DNA of 64,000 nucleotides from an uncultured Eubacteriales bacterium (lineage in GTDB: Bacteria; Bacillota; Clostridia; Oscillospirales; CAG-272), in NCBI GenBank assembly GCA_963614875.1, contig CAVEFC010000003.1, positions 756-64,755 on the forward strand, given 5' to 3'. This document shows, one piece after another, positions 39,741 to 51,505 of this stretch (the first letter of the stretch is position 1; the number at the start of each line of letters is the position of its first letter). Both the position numbers and the translations under genes were made by a program. The notes under the pieces were generated by a model. That model saw only the letters and a program-made list of their open reading frames with translations, had not been told where the DNA came from and did no database searches.

Positions 39741-42365
39741 TTAAATCAGCTTTTTTATAATTTCGGGAAGCGACGAGAACGCTTCGCCGAGCTTTTCGGG
39801 ATATTTCATTCCGCCCGCCATTGCGCTGTCGGGACGTCCGCCGCCGCCACCGCCGACAAACGTCGAAAGCTCGCGGAGAACAACCGGAGCCTTGACTCCT
39901 GCCGCAAGCGCGTCCTTGCCGCAGACGCAGACAAGAGAATATTTGCCGCCGCAGTCGGTTGAAATAACGGCTACGGTGTCGGGGTGATTTGCTTTTATAT
40001 CATCGGAAAGAGTTCTTACCGTGTCAACGGGGAGAGAGGTCTGCATCGAAGCGATCTTTATCGCGCCGACGCTTTCCGCTTTTGCGAGCATTTCCGCAAC
40101 GCCTGCCGACGCCGCCTTGAGCGACATCGCTTCAAGCTCCTTCTTTGCCTGCTTGAGCTCACTCTGAAGCGAAGCGATTTTTGTCGTTATTTCGTTTTCG
40201 TCGCTTATTTTGAGCGCGGAAAGCGCGGATTTTACCGTCGCGCCCTGAGCCTTTGCAAGCTCATATGCGCCCATACCCGAAACAAGCTCGATTCTTCTCG
40301 TGCCTGCGGCAACCGAGCTTTCGGAGAGAATTCTCACGCAGCCTATGCTTCCGGTCGAACGAACGTGCGTTCCGCCGCAAAGCTCGCTTGAGAAATCGCC
40401 CATTTTCACAACGCGGACGATATCGCCGTATTTTTCGCCGAAAAGCGCGATTGCGCCGGATTTCTTTGCCGATTCAAGATCGGTTTCGACGGTTACGACG
40501 GGAATATCTTCAAGTATTTTTTCGTTTATGATGCGTTCAACCCTGTCAAGCTCCTCTGCGGTTACGGCGGAGAAGTGAGTGAAGTCAAAGCGTCCTCTTT
40601 CGGCATCGACCATAGAGCCTGCCTGACGGATATGATCGCCGAGCACCTGACGCAGAGCCGCGTCGAGCAGGTGAACGGAGCTGTGATTGCGTGCGGTTGC
40701 GGCACGGCGCTCCGCGTCAACGCTGAGAGTAACCTTATCTCCGGCGGAGAAAGAGCCGCTTTCAACATGGCAGATGTGCAGATATACGCCGTCCGCCTTT
40801 TTTGTATCGGTCACTGTTGCTTTGCCGTTTTCGCTTTCGATTGTACCCGTGTCGCCGACCTGACCGCCGCCTTCGCCGTAGAAGCAGGTCGCCTTTGTGA
40901 TGATTATCGCGTTTTCGCCGGAAACGTCCGCAGGCTCGTGCGTGTCGGGATCGACAACGGCGATTATTTCGCTTTCGTCCTCTGTCTTTTCGTAGCCGGT
41001 GAATACCGTCTTGTCGAATTCGGAGAAAAGGGATTTATCCTGCCAGCCGCTGATATTTCCTCTTGCGGCTCTTGCGCGGGCTTTCTGCTCGTCAAGACAT
41101 TTTTTGTAGCCTTCCTCGTCTATTCCGAGTCCTCTTTCGGCTGCGATTTCGCGCGTGAGATCTATCGGGAAGCCGAACGTATCGGAAAGCCTGAAAACAT
41201 CTGCGCCGTCGAGAGCTTTCGCTCCGCTTGCCTTTGCTTTTCCGGTGAGCGTGTCGAGAAGGTTCATTCCCGCCTCGACATTTGCGTCAAAGCGTTCCTC
41301 CTCCATGGACGCGATTTTGCTTATATAGCTGAATTTTTCCGTAAGCTCCGGATATGCGGAGAGATTTTCGTGCGCGACGACAGCCATTATATCCGAAAGG
41401 AAAGCGCCCTTTATTCCGAGGAGCTTGCCGTGACGGCACGCGCGGCGGAGAAGTCTGCGAAGAACGTAGCCTCTGCCCTCGTTTGACGGCATTACGCCGT
41501 CGGCGATAAGAAACGCCGAAGCTCTTGAATGGTCGGCGATTATACGCAGTGAAATGTCGGCTTTGGGATCGTCGTGATATTTTATTCCGGCTTTGTCGCT
41601 TATGGCGGTTATGATGTTCTTTATGGTGTCAACCTCAAACATACTGTCAACGCCCTGCATTACGCAGGCAAGACGTTCAAGTCCCATACCGGTATCTATG
41701 TTTTTCGAGGCAAGCTCGGTATAATTGCCGTTGCCGTCGTTGTTGAACTGCGAAAAAACGTTGTTCCAGATTTCCATATAGCGATCGCAGTCGCAGCCCG
41801 GTCTGCAATCGGGCTTTCCGCAGCCGTATTTTTCGCCGCGGTCAAAATATATTTCCGAGCAGGGACCGCAGGGACCCGAGCCGTGCTCCCAGAAGTTGTC
41901 CTCTTTGCCGAGGCGGACGATGTGATCCTCTCTCACGCCTATTTTGTCGCGCCAGATGGCATACGCCTCGTCGTCCTCCTTGTAGACCGAAGGCCAGAGC
42001 TTGTCCTCCGGAATTTCAAGCACCTTTGTGAGATATTCCCAAGCCCAAGGCAAAGCCTCCTGCTTGAAATAATCGCCGAAGGAGAAATTTCCGAGCATTT
42101 CGAAAAATGTGCCGTGACGAGCCGTATATCCGACGTTTTCTATATCGTTTGTGCGGATACATTTCTGGCAGGTCGCCATACGGCGACAGGGAGGGGTAAG
42201 CTCGCCCGTGAAATATTTTTTAAGCGGAGCCATTCCCGCCACTATGAGAAGAAGGGATTTGTCGTTTTCCGGAACGAGAGGATAGCTCCCGCGGCAGAGA
42301 TGCCCCTTGGACTCAAAAAATGAGAGAAAAGACGCCCGCAGGTCGTTGAGTGATGTCCATTTCAT
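39741..42365 (-). CDS. alaS: alanine--tRNA ligase
   Basis: I chose the start at 42365 (MKWTSLNDLRASFLSFFESKGH). Class II motifs, the HxxxH...CGGTH editing-domain zinc site and a C-terminal DHHA1-like domain. Confidence 0.96.
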   Translation of the reverse strand: MKWTSLNDLRASFLSFFESKGHLCRGSYPLVPENDKSLLLIVAGMAPLKKYFTGELTPPCRRMATCQKCIRTNDIENVGYTARHGTFFEMLGNFSFGDYFKQEALPWAWEYLTKVLEIPEDKLWPSVYKEDDEAYAIWRDKIGVREDHIVRLGKEDNFWEHGSGPCGPCSEIYFDRGEKYGCGKPDCRPGCDCDRYMEIWNNVFSQFNNDGNGNYTELASKNIDTGMGLERLACVMQGVDSMFEVDTIKNIITAISDKAGIKYHDDPKADISLRIIADHSRASAFLIADGVMPSNEGRGYVLRRLLRRACRHGKLLGIKGAFLSDIMAVVAHENLSAYPELTEKFSYISKIASMEEERFDANVEAGMNLLDTLTGKAKASGAKALDGADVFRLSDTFGFPIDLTREIAAERGLGIDEEGYKKCLDEQKARARAARGNISGWQDKSLFSEFDKTVFTGYEKTEDESEIIAVVDPDTHEPADVSGENAIIITKATCFYGEGGGQVGDTGTIESENGKATVTDTKKADGVYLHICHVESGSFSAGDKVTLSVDAERRAATARNHSSVHLLDAALRQVLGDHIRQAGSMVDAERGRFDFTHFSAVTAEELDRVERIINEKILEDIPVVTVETDLESAKKSGAIALFGEKYGDIVRVVKMGDFSSELCGGTHVRSTGSIGCVRILSESSVAAGTRRIELVSGMGAYELAKAQGATVKSALSALKISDENEITTKIASLQSELKQAKKELEAMSLKAASAGVAEMLAKAESVGAIKIASMQTSLPVDTVRTLSDDIKANHPDTVAVISTDCGGKYSLVCVCGKDALAAGVKAPVVLRELSTFVGGGGGGRPDSAMAGGMKYPEKLGEAFSSLPEIIKKLI

Positions 42366-42428
42366 AATTTCAGTTTGCCTTCCGATAAAAGTTTGATTTT
42401 TGCGCCGTTTGCGCGGCAAGTTATATTT

Positions 42429-42457
42429 ATTATATTGCCTTGATGAAAAAATGTCAA
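42429..42457 (-). promoter_or_regulatory. sigmaA-type promoter for alaS
   Basis: On the minus strand: TTGACA (42457..42452), a 17-nt spacer, then TATAAT (42434..42429). The leader is only about 60 nt. Confidence 0.6.
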
Positions 42458-42487
42458 CATTCCCGCAGAAAAAATGTAAAAATTAAC

Positions 42488-42516
42488 TTGACATATCGCA
42501 AAACAGATGATATACT
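42488..42516 (+). promoter_or_regulatory. sigmaA-type promoter for rpoB-rpoC
   Basis: TTGACA (42488..42493), a 17-nt spacer, then TATACT (42511..42516). It is divergent from the alaS promoter. Confidence 0.6.
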
Positions 42517-42704
42517 TGTAAATTGCATTACAATGCTCGCAACAGTGCCTTTTTTTGAGATACCGCCGTCATAAAACGGTGAAAAATGTCGGAAAACGGC
42601 GTGCTTTTGCGGAGTGGAACGAATAAAAACAAAAGGCAGAGCAAGGGGAGTCCGCTCAGGGCGGAACGCTCTGCCGCAGAAAACTTGAATGGAGTGATCG
42701 TACA

Positions 42705-45700
42705 TTGAGAACCAAACCCAAGCAGCTCGGTAAGAACGTAGTAAGACAGAGTTTTGCTAAGATCGACGAAATCCTCGAAATGCCCGATTTTCTCGAGATC
42801 CAGAAAAAGTCATATCAGTGGCTTTTGGACAAGGGACTCTCGGAAGTTCTGGCGGATGTTTCGCCTATCGTGGACTACTCAGGTAATCTCGTAATCGAAT
42901 TCGTCGGCTATTCTATCGACGCGGAGCCGAAATATCCCGTTGAAGAATGCAAGGAACGCGACGTAAACTATGCTTCTCCGCTCAGAGTGACAGTCCGTCT
43001 TACGAACAAGTCAACGGGCGAAGTAAAACAGCAGGACATCTTTATGGGCGAATTCCCGCTGATGACAGACAGCGGCACGTTCGTTATCAACGGCGCGGAA
43101 CGCGTTGTCGTTTCGCAGCTCGTCCGTTCTCCCGGTATGTATTATGATACCGCAATCGACAAAACGGGCAAGCAGATCCTTACCGCGCAGGTAATTCCTT
43201 ACCGCGGCGCGTGGCTTGAATACGAAACTGACGCAAGCGACGTATTCTATGTCCGTATAGACAAAAACCGCAAAATACCGGTTACGATTCTTATCCGTGC
43301 GCTCGAAGAAGAAACCTCGACCGAAACGGGTATAAAGGCGCTTTTCGGCGACGATCCCAAGATAATCGCAACGATTGCAAAGGACGGTATGCAGGAGGAA
43401 GCCGACAAGAACGGCACGACTCCCTACGAAGAATCTCTCAAAGAGATATACAGAAAGCTCCGCCCGGGCGAGCCTCCGCTTATGGAGAGCGCGCAGATTC
43501 AGCTTACCAACACCTTCTTCGATCCGAAAAGATACGATCTCGGCGCGGTGGGCAGATACAAATTCGACAAAAAGACAGCGCTCGGCAGAAGACTTGCCGG
43601 ACATACCCTTACAAGACCGGTTATCAATCCAATCACGGGCGAGCTTATGTTCGACGCCGGAAAAGAGCTTTCCCGCGAGGAAGCGCTCGAAATCGAGGAC
43701 GCCGGCGTTACCGAAGCTTATGTAAAAGTGGGCGAGGACAAGGAATGCAAGGTCATTTCCAACGGAATGGTCGATTGCAAGAAGATATTCGGCATAGACT
43801 TAAAGGAAGAAGCCGGACTTGCCGAGAAGGTAAGCCTTGCGATGCTTCTTGAAATGCAGGAGCAGGCAGACGGCGATTTCGACGCTTTCAAAGAAGCCGT
43901 TATAAACGCGGCAAAGACGAGAATAAACGAATTTTCTCCCCGTCATATAACAAAGGAAGACATTTTCGCTTCCATCAACTATCTTATATGCCTTTCGCAC
44001 GGCATAGGCACAACGGACGATATCGACCATCTCGGAAACCGTCGTATCCGCGCCGTAGGCGAGCTTATCCAGAACCAGATGAGAATAGGCTTCTCAAAAA
44101 TGGATAAGAACATCAAGGAAAGAATGAACATTCAGGACGCGGATTCTCTCACTCCGCAGACGCTTATCAACAGCCGTCCGGTTGTCGGCGCGATCCGCGA
44201 GTTCTTCGGTTCATCGCCGCTTTCACAGTTCATGGATCAGAACAACCCTCTTGCAGAGCTTACCCACAAGCGTCGTCTTTCGGCGCTCGGCCCCGGCGGT
44301 ATCTCGCGTGACAGAGCTTCGTTCGAGGTTCGTGACGTTCACTACACTCACTACGGACGTATCTGCCCGATAGAAACGCCCGAAGGTCCCAACATCGGTC
44401 TTATTTCGTATCTTGCGTGCTACGCAAAGCTCAATGATTACGGCTTTATCGAAGCTCCTTACCGCAAGGTCGATAAGGAAACCGGAAAGGTCACCGATAT
44501 TGTTGAGTATATGACAGCCGATATCGAGGACGATTATATAATCGCGCAGGCGGGCGAGCCTGTCGATGAAGAAGGACGCTTCATCAACCGCAGAGTTCTC
44601 GTAAGAGAAAGAAACGAAATTATAGAAGTTCCCGCAAGCAAGGTTGACTATGTAGACGTTTCGCCGAGAATGGCGATATCCGTTGCGACGGGCTTTATTC
44701 CGTTCCTTGACAACGACGACAACTCCCGTGCGCTGATGGGCTCGAACATGCAGAAGCAGGCAGTGCCGCTTCTTATGACGGAATCTCCCATAGTCGCTAC
44801 GGGCATGGAGCACAAGGCTGCGATAGATTCGGGAATATGTATTCTCGCAAAGGAAGCCGGAACTGTTGAATATGTAAGCGCAGACAAGGTGATCGTTGTC
44901 CGTGAAAACGGCATGAAGGATACCTATGAGCTTCTCAAATTCAAGCGTTCAAACCAAGGAACGTGCATAAACCAGCGTCCGATCGTAAGCGTCGGCGAAA
45001 AGCTTGAAAAGGGCGACGTTATCGCCGACGGTCCGGCTACGTCGAACGGAGAGATATCGCTCGGAAAGAACGCTCTCATCGGATTTATGACGTGGGAAGG
45101 CTACAACTACGAGGACGCCGTTCTTCTCAACGAGCGTCTTGTAAGAGATGACGTATATACCTCAATTCATATAGAAGAATACACGATAGAAGCAAGAGAT
45201 ACAAAGCTCGGACCGGAGGAGATCACGCGCGAGATTCCCAACTGCAGCGACGAAACCTTGAAGGATCTCGATCAGGACGGTATTATCCGCAACGGTACAG
45301 AGGTACGCGCGGGAGATATTCTCGTGGGTAAGGTCACGCCCAAGGGCGAAACCGAGCTTACGGCAGAGGAAAGACTCCTCCGCGCGATATTCGGCGAAAA
45401 GGCAAGAGAGGTGCGCGACACTTCGCTTCGTCTGCGCCACGGCGAGTCGGGCATAGTCGTTGACGTGAAAATATTTTCACGCGAAAACTCCGACGAGCTT
45501 TCTCCCGGCGTAAACAAGACGGTAAGAGTTTACGTTGCACAGAAGCGTAAGATCTCCGTCGGCGACAAGATGGCAGGACGTCACGGAAACAAGGGCGTTG
45601 TATCGAGAATACTTCCGCCCGAGGATATGCCCTATATGGCTGACGGTACTCCTCTTGATATAGTTCTTAACCCTCTGGGCGTGCCTTCCCGAATGAATAT

Positions 45701-46472
45701 CGGTCAGGTGCTTGAAGTGCATCTCGGTATCGCGGCAAAGACGCTCGGCGTCAAGGTAATGACTCCGGCATTCGACGGAGCAAAGGAATCCGACATTACG
45801 GAAGCGCTCAAGGAAGCGGGACTCCGCGCCGACGGCAAGAGAATACTTTACGACGGCAGAACGGGCGAGCCCTTCGACAACCCCGTAACCGTAGGTATAA
45901 TGTATTATCTCAAGCTCCATCACCTTGTTGACGATAAAATCCACGCAAGAAGCACAGGTCCTTACTCCGTTATCACGCAGCAGCCTCTCGGCGGTAAAGC
46001 GCAGTTCGGCGGTCAGCGTTTCGGAGAAATGGAGGTCTGGGCGCTCGAAGCATACGGCGCGGCATATACGCTTCAGGAAATACTCACCGTCAAGTCGGAC
46101 GACGTAACGGGAAGAGTAAAGACCTTCGAAGCAATTGTAAAGGGACAGAACATACCCACACCGGGTGTGCCGGAATCCTTCCGCGTGCTTGTAAAAGAGC
46201 TTCAGTCGCTTGCGCTTGATATACGCGTTCTCGATGAGGACGGAAACGAAATAGAGCTTTCGCAGCTCAGCGACCTTGAGGACGAAGCAGGTCCCGTATA
46301 CGTTACGGAAGAAGACGTCGGCACGGCGGTCGCGGGCGACGGCGAAACCGATGATATGCTCGTCGAAGATGAAAACGGCGAAGTTATCGACGATGACGAC
46401 GATGATTTTTCCGATGAATTTTCCGAAGAGTACGGCGACGAAATCGACGACGATTTCGGCGATGATGAATGA
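42705..46472 (+). CDS. rpoB: DNA-directed RNA polymerase subunit beta
   Basis: 1255 aa. TTG start with GGAG 10 nt upstream. Canonical RpoB motifs throughout and a D/E-rich C-terminal tail. Confidence 0.98.
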   Translation: MRTKPKQLGKNVVRQSFAKIDEILEMPDFLEIQKKSYQWLLDKGLSEVLADVSPIVDYSGNLVIEFVGYSIDAEPKYPVEECKERDVNYASPLRVTVRLTNKSTGEVKQQDIFMGEFPLMTDSGTFVINGAERVVVSQLVRSPGMYYDTAIDKTGKQILTAQVIPYRGAWLEYETDASDVFYVRIDKNRKIPVTILIRALEEETSTETGIKALFGDDPKIIATIAKDGMQEEADKNGTTPYEESLKEIYRKLRPGEPPLMESAQIQLTNTFFDPKRYDLGAVGRYKFDKKTALGRRLAGHTLTRPVINPITGELMFDAGKELSREEALEIEDAGVTEAYVKVGEDKECKVISNGMVDCKKIFGIDLKEEAGLAEKVSLAMLLEMQEQADGDFDAFKEAVINAAKTRINEFSPRHITKEDIFASINYLICLSHGIGTTDDIDHLGNRRIRAVGELIQNQMRIGFSKMDKNIKERMNIQDADSLTPQTLINSRPVVGAIREFFGSSPLSQFMDQNNPLAELTHKRRLSALGPGGISRDRASFEVRDVHYTHYGRICPIETPEGPNIGLISYLACYAKLNDYGFIEAPYRKVDKETGKVTDIVEYMTADIEDDYIIAQAGEPVDEEGRFINRRVLVRERNEIIEVPASKVDYVDVSPRMAISVATGFIPFLDNDDNSRALMGSNMQKQAVPLLMTESPIVATGMEHKAAIDSGICILAKEAGTVEYVSADKVIVVRENGMKDTYELLKFKRSNQGTCINQRPIVSVGEKLEKGDVIADGPATSNGEISLGKNALIGFMTWEGYNYEDAVLLNERLVRDDVYTSIHIEEYTIEARDTKLGPEEITREIPNCSDETLKDLDQDGIIRNGTEVRAGDILVGKVTPKGETELTAEERLLRAIFGEKAREVRDTSLRLRHGESGIVVDVKIFSRENSDELSPGVNKTVRVYVAQKRKISVGDKMAGRHGNKGVVSRILPPEDMPYMADGTPLDIVLNPLGVPSRMNIGQVLEVHLGIAAKTLGVKVMTPAFDGAKESDITEALKEAGLRADGKRILYDGRTGEPFDNPVTVGIMYYLKLHHLVDDKIHARSTGPYSVITQQPLGGKAQFGGQRFGEMEVWALEAYGAAYTLQEILTVKSDDVTGRVKTFEAIVKGQNIPTPGVPESFRVLVKELQSLALDIRVLDEDGNEIELSQLSDLEDEAGPVYVTEEDVGTAVAGDGETDDMLVEDENGEVIDDDDDDFSDEFSEEYGDEIDDDFGDDE

Positions 46473-46488
46473 GAGGGGAGAAATATAA

Positions 46489-49400
46489 ATGGCAAAAAAT
46501 GTTTTCGATTCTATAAAGATCGGGCTTGCCTCTCCCGAAATGATAAGAAGCTGGTCTCACGGTGAGGTAACAAAGCCGGAAACCATAAACTACCGCACGC
46601 TGCGCGCCGAAAAGGACGGACTTTTCTGCGAAAAAATCTTCGGACCGACAAAGGACTGGGAATGTCTTTGCGGAAAGTACAAGCGCGTGCGCTACAAGGG
46701 CAAGGTCTGCGAAAAGTGCGGAGTTGAGGTAACAACCAAAAAGGTTCGCCGCGAGAGAATGGGACATATAGAGCTTGCAGCTCCCGTGTCCCACATCTGG
46801 TATTTCAGAGCCATTCCTTCAAGAATGGGAACAATACTTGACATCTCTCCGAGAGCGCTTGAAAAGGTGCTTTACTTTGCGCAGTATATAGTTCTCGACC
46901 CGGGCAACACTCCGCTTGAAAAGAAGCAGATGCTTTCCGAGCGCGAATATCGCGATATGTACGAAAAGTACGAAAACGATTTCCGCGTGGGTATGGGTGC
47001 GGAGGCTATAAAGGAGCTTCTTCACGAGATAGATGTCGATAAGCTTTCCGAGGAGCTTAAAGCCGAGCTTGACGCTTCCTCCGGTCAGAAAAAGCTGAAG
47101 ATAATAAAAAGACTTGAAGTTGTCGAGGCGTTCCGCCGTTCAGGAAACAAGCCCGAATGGATGATACTTGACGTTGTTCCCGTAATTCCGCCGGAAATCA
47201 GACCTATGGTTCCTCTTGACGGCGGCAGATATGCGACGTCGGACCTTAACGACCTTTACCGTCGTGTTATCAACAGAAACAACCGTCTTAAAAAGCTTAT
47301 GGAGCTTATGGCTCCCGAAATAATCATAAAGAACGAGAAGCGTATGCTTCAGGAAGCAGTGGACGCGCTGATAGACAACGGCCGTCACGGCAAGCCCGTC
47401 ACCGGCGGTTCGAGCAGCCGTCCGCTCAAATCTCTTTCGGAGATGCTGCGCGGCAAGCAGGGACGTTTCCGTCAGAACCTGCTCGGCAAGCGTGTCGACT
47501 ATTCCGGACGTTCCGTTATCGTCGTAGGTCCGTCGCTCAAGATTTATCAGTGCGGACTTCCGAAGGAAATGGCACTCGAGCTTTTCAAGCCGTTCGTTAT
47601 GAAGCGTCTTGTCGAAACGCAGAATGCGTCGAACATCAAGGACGCAAAGAAGAAAGTAGAAAGAGTAAGCCCTGAGGTATGGGACGCTCTTGAAAACGTA
47701 ATAAAGGATCACCCCGTTCTTCTCAACCGTGCTCCCACGCTTCACCGTCTGTCGATTCAGGCGTTCGAGCCGATACTTGTCGAGGGCAGAGCGATAAAGC
47801 TTCATCCGCTTGTATGTACGGCGTTCAACGCCGACTTCGACGGCGACCAGATGCCTGTTCACGTTCCGCTTTCGAGCGAAGCTCAGGCAGAGGCAAGATT
47901 CCTTATGCTTTCGGCAAACAACTTCCTCAAGCCCGCCGACGGTAAAGCCGTTACCGTTCCTTCTCAGGATATGGTGCTTGGTTCTTACTATCTGACGATA
48001 GACCGCGCCGGCGAAAAGGGCGAGGGCGGCTTCTACCGCGATTTCGACGAGGCTATGATGGCTTACGAAAACGGCTATCTCGGAATTCACGCGCCGATAA
48101 AGGTCAGAGTTTCAAAGGAAATAGACGGCGTTGTCCACACGGGAATAATCGACGCCACGCTCGGTCGTCTTATATTCAACAAGCCGATTCCGCAGGATCT
48201 CGGATTTGTTGACAGAAGCGATCCCGCAAAGCTCCTCGATCTTGAGGTTGCTTTCCCGACGGCGAAAAAACAGCTCGGCGAGATAGTCGACCGCACGATA
48301 AAGAAGCACGGTCCGACCGTCACCGCTCAGGTGCTTGACGATATCAAAGCCAACGGCTTCAAATATTCCACAAAGGCTTCGATCTCCATTTCCGTAAGCG
48401 ATATGACCGTTCCGGAGGAGAAGAAGGAGCTTATCACCGCAGCAGAGCACGAGGTTGAACAGATAACAAAGAACTTCCGTCGCGGTCTTCTTTCCGACAA
48501 GGAACGCTACGACAGCGTAATCAAGGTCTGGGAAGAAACAACAAAGAAGGTTGAGGAAGCGCTTCTTGCGTGCCTCTCCAGATATAACCCGATAAAGATG
48601 ATGGCTGACTCGGGCGCGCGTGGTTCTATCGCGCAGATGAAACAGCTGGCAGGTATGCGCGGACTTATGTTCTCCGCAACCGGTAAAACAATGGAAATAC
48701 CGATCAAGTCGAACTTCCGTGAAGGTCTTAACGTTCTTGAATATTTCATCGGCGCAAGAGGCTCGCGTAAGTCGCTTTCGGATACGGCGCTTAAAACAGC
48801 CGACTCCGGTTACCTTACAAGACGTCTTGTCGACGTATCGCAGGATGTCATCGTAAGAGAGGACGACTGCGGAACGAGAGAAGGCATCTGGGTAAGCGAC
48901 GTAAAGGACGGCAACTCCGTTATCGAGCCGCTTGAAGATCGTCTGCCCGGAAGATACCTTATAGGCGACGTTGTTGACAAAACAACGGGCGAGGTTATCG
49001 CCCACGACGGCGAATTCATCACGCCCGATACGGCAAAGAAAATCGTCGCTTCTGGCGCCGAAAGAGTACACGTCCGTTCGATTCTCAAATGCAAATCCAA
49101 ACACGGCGTATGCGCTCACTGCTACGGCTCTGACATGGCTTCCGGAAAGACTGTCAGCGTGGGCGAGGCTGTCGGCATAATCGCCGCTCAGTCCATAGGC
49201 GAGCCCGGTACGCAGCTTACGATGAGAACGTTCCATACCGGCGGTATCGCGGGATCGGATATCACGCAGGGCCTTCCGAGAGTCGAAGAGCTCTTTGAAG
49301 CGCGCAGACCGAAGAAAACGGCTACGATTGCCGAGGTCAACGGCACCGTCAGAATTGCGGACGCAAAGAAGACGAGAAACGTCATAATTACCACAGCCGA

Positions 49401-50058
49401 GGGCGAGGAAACGGTATATCCCATTCCGATCGGCACAAAGATTCTTGTTTCCGAAGGCTCTTATGTATCGCGCGGCGATGCGATTACGGAAGGTAATATG
49501 AGCCTTGCCGACATAACGAGAATAAACGGTCTTGACGCGGTTTACGATTATATCATCCGCGAGGTTCAGAGAGTTTACCGTTCGCAGAGCATCAAGATAA
49601 ACGATAAGCACATTGAGGTTATCGCGCGTCAGATGACAAGAAAGGTAAGAATCGAGGACGGCGGAGACACAACGCTTCTCACGGGAAGTATGGCTGACAT
49701 AACCGAGTTTGTTTCGGAAAACGAAGAGATCGAGCGCAGAATCGCCGCAGGCGAAAGAACGCTCCGTCCCGCTACGGCAACTCCCGTTCTTCTCGGTATC
49801 ACAAAGGCAGCTCTTCAGACGGATTCGTTCCTTTCCGCAGCTTCCTTCCAGGAAACGACAAAGGTTCTTACGGACGCCGCAATCAAGGGCAAGGTGGATA
49901 ACCTTCTCGGACTCAAAGAGAACGTTATCATCGGTAAGCTCATTCCCGCCGGAACGGGACTTGCGTGCTATCGCGACGTTGAAGTCGAGCGCGCACCCAA
50001 GCCCGAAGACGAGGAAGAGCAGATGTACCGTCGTCGCGGTGTTATCATCCCCGTATAA
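46489..50058 (+). CDS. rpoC: DNA-directed RNA polymerase subunit beta'
   Basis: 1189 aa. Zinc-binding CxCGKY...C..CGVE and the catalytic NADFDGDQM. Confidence 0.98.
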   Translation: MAKNVFDSIKIGLASPEMIRSWSHGEVTKPETINYRTLRAEKDGLFCEKIFGPTKDWECLCGKYKRVRYKGKVCEKCGVEVTTKKVRRERMGHIELAAPVSHIWYFRAIPSRMGTILDISPRALEKVLYFAQYIVLDPGNTPLEKKQMLSEREYRDMYEKYENDFRVGMGAEAIKELLHEIDVDKLSEELKAELDASSGQKKLKIIKRLEVVEAFRRSGNKPEWMILDVVPVIPPEIRPMVPLDGGRYATSDLNDLYRRVINRNNRLKKLMELMAPEIIIKNEKRMLQEAVDALIDNGRHGKPVTGGSSSRPLKSLSEMLRGKQGRFRQNLLGKRVDYSGRSVIVVGPSLKIYQCGLPKEMALELFKPFVMKRLVETQNASNIKDAKKKVERVSPEVWDALENVIKDHPVLLNRAPTLHRLSIQAFEPILVEGRAIKLHPLVCTAFNADFDGDQMPVHVPLSSEAQAEARFLMLSANNFLKPADGKAVTVPSQDMVLGSYYLTIDRAGEKGEGGFYRDFDEAMMAYENGYLGIHAPIKVRVSKEIDGVVHTGIIDATLGRLIFNKPIPQDLGFVDRSDPAKLLDLEVAFPTAKKQLGEIVDRTIKKHGPTVTAQVLDDIKANGFKYSTKASISISVSDMTVPEEKKELITAAEHEVEQITKNFRRGLLSDKERYDSVIKVWEETTKKVEEALLACLSRYNPIKMMADSGARGSIAQMKQLAGMRGLMFSATGKTMEIPIKSNFREGLNVLEYFIGARGSRKSLSDTALKTADSGYLTRRLVDVSQDVIVREDDCGTREGIWVSDVKDGNSVIEPLEDRLPGRYLIGDVVDKTTGEVIAHDGEFITPDTAKKIVASGAERVHVRSILKCKSKHGVCAHCYGSDMASGKTVSVGEAVGIIAAQSIGEPGTQLTMRTFHTGGIAGSDITQGLPRVEELFEARRPKKTATIAEVNGTVRIADAKKTRNVIITTAEGEETVYPIPIGTKILVSEGSYVSRGDAITEGNMSLADITRINGLDAVYDYIIREVQRVYRSQSIKINDKHIEVIARQMTRKVRIEDGGDTTLLTGSMADITEFVSENEEIERRIAAGERTLRPATATPVLLGITKAALQTDSFLSAASFQETTKVLTDAAIKGKVDNLLGLKENVIIGKLIPAGTGLACYRDVEVERAPKPEDEEEQMYRRRGVIIPV

Positions 50059-50093
50059 TCGGGAGCCGGAAAAAACAAACTCAAAAAACAGGA

Positions 50094-50129
50094 AGGCACG
50101 CGACGAAAATGCGCGTGCCTTTGATTTTT
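50094..50129 (+). terminator. intrinsic terminator of rpoC
   Basis: Stem AGGCACGCG / CGCGTGCCT followed by TTGATTTTT. Confidence 0.8.
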
Positions 50130-50185
50130 GTGCAAAAAAACGGAAATAATACTCTTTATAAGAGAGAAAATTTCTGAAAATTCCG

Positions 50186-50214
50186 TTGACAAAACGACTT
50201 TATGATGGTATGAT
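50186..50214 (+). promoter_or_regulatory. sigmaA-type promoter for the rpsL-rpsG-fusA-tuf operon
   Basis: TTGACA (50186..50191), a 17-nt spacer, then TATGAT (50209..50214). The leader is about 130 nt and has two hairpins. Confidence 0.6.
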
Positions 50215-50345
50215 ATAGGATATGTAAGTGCGCAATTAAAAGTGTGCGCATTTGCAAAAATAAACGGTATCTGCCTTTCGGAACCGCCCGAAAGGATAGA
50301 TATATAAACATTTTATTTATTAAAAACGAAAGGAGGAAACGATTA

Positions 50346-50768
50346 ATGCCTACCTTTAACCAGCTTGTCCGCAACGGTCGTCAGGAACGCCAGTACAAGT
50401 CCAAAGCTCCCGTGCTTCAGAAAGGCTTCAACTCGATCAAAAAATCGACAACCGATCTCAGCTCGCCGCAGAAGAGAGGCGTATGCACAAAGGTGACGAC
50501 ACAGACTCCCAAAAAGCCTAACTCCGCTCTCCGTAAGATTGCCAGAGTAAGACTTACAAACGGTCTTGAAGCGACATGCTATATCCCCGGTATAGGCCAC
50601 AATCTTCAGGAACACTCGGTTGTTCTTATAAGAGGCGGCAGAGTGCGTGACCTGCCCGGTGTACGTTACCACATCATCCGCGGTACGCTTGACGCACAGG
50701 GCGTTGCCAATCGTAAACAGGCGCGTTCTCTGTACGGTGCAAAGCGCGGCAAGAAAGCCGCAAAATAA
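50346..50768 (+). CDS. rpsL: 30S ribosomal protein S12
   Basis: I chose the start at 50346 ([13 protein letters not shown]), with AAAGGAGG upstream. 140 aa. Confidence 0.97.
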   Translation: MPTFNQLVRNGRQERQYKSKAPVLQKGFNSIKKSTTDLSSPQKRGVCTKVTTQTPKKPNSALRKIARVRLTNGLEATCYIPGIGHNLQEHSVVLIRGGRVRDLPGVRYHIIRGTLDAQGVANRKQARSLYGAKRGKKAAK

Positions 50769-50963
50769 GACCGCATAACAAATGCGGAAAAGGTATTAAA
50801 ATCTTATCGCAAGCGCTTTTGCTTTTGATAGATAATATGTTTATATTACCCGCGCAAATATGTGCGGGCGGACGGCAGAGCATCTTTTCAAAATGACAAA
50901 GCACAGCGGGAGGAAACTTTCGAGTACCTATGATATTCATTTTATGTGAAGGAGGGAATAACA

Positions 50964-51434
50964 GTGCCAAGAAGAGGTCAGATTTCCAAGAGAGATGTCT
51001 TGCCGGATCCGCTTTATAACTCAAAAGTAGTTACAAAGCTTATCAACAACGTTATGGAAGACGGCAAAAAGGGCGTAGCTCAGAAAATCGTTTACGACGC
51101 ATTCGCAACGGTTGAAAGCAAAACGGGAAAGCCTGCCCTTGACGCATTTACGGAAGCATTGAACAACATTATGCCCGTACTTGAAGTCAAGGCTCGCAGA
51201 GTCGGCGGTTCGACTTATCAGGTTCCTATGGAGGTTCGCCCCGAAAGAAGACAGACTCTGGGACTTAGATGGCTCGTGCTTTTCTCAAGAAAACGCGGCG
51301 AGCGCAATATGTCCGAAAGACTTGCCGGAGAAATTATGGACGCCGTAAACAATACGGGCGCCTCCGTCAAGAAAAAAGAAGAAATGCACAAGATGGCAGA
51401 AGCCAACAAGGCATTCGCACACTACAGATATTGA
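50964..51434 (+). CDS. rpsG: 30S ribosomal protein S7
   Basis: I chose the GTG start at 50964 ([17 protein letters not shown]), with GGAGGG 7 nt upstream. 156 aa. Confidence 0.95.
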   Translation: MPRRGQISKRDVLPDPLYNSKVVTKLINNVMEDGKKGVAQKIVYDAFATVESKTGKPALDAFTEALNNIMPVLEVKARRVGGSTYQVPMEVRPERRQTLGLRWLVLFSRKRGERNMSERLAGEIMDAVNNTGASVKKKEEMHKMAEANKAFAHYRY

Positions 51435-51505
51435 TCATTTTGCCGACGAATTGTTCGCAGCGAGTATCAAACTGAACAACAAATTATTATTTAAGGAGCT
51501 TAAAC

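Noticed and set aside
42366-42470. I looked for a T-box leader upstream of alaS.
   Set aside because: The predicted promoter leaves a leader of about 60 nt. There is no specifier-loop or T-box (GGTGGTACCGCG-like) sequence and no terminator/antiterminator pair.
46250-46472. The D/E-rich C-terminal tail of about 70 aa on RpoB, considered as a possible insertion or fusion.
   Set aside because: Acidic C-terminal tails of variable length are common in Firmicute RpoB proteins. There is no frame change or domain signature.
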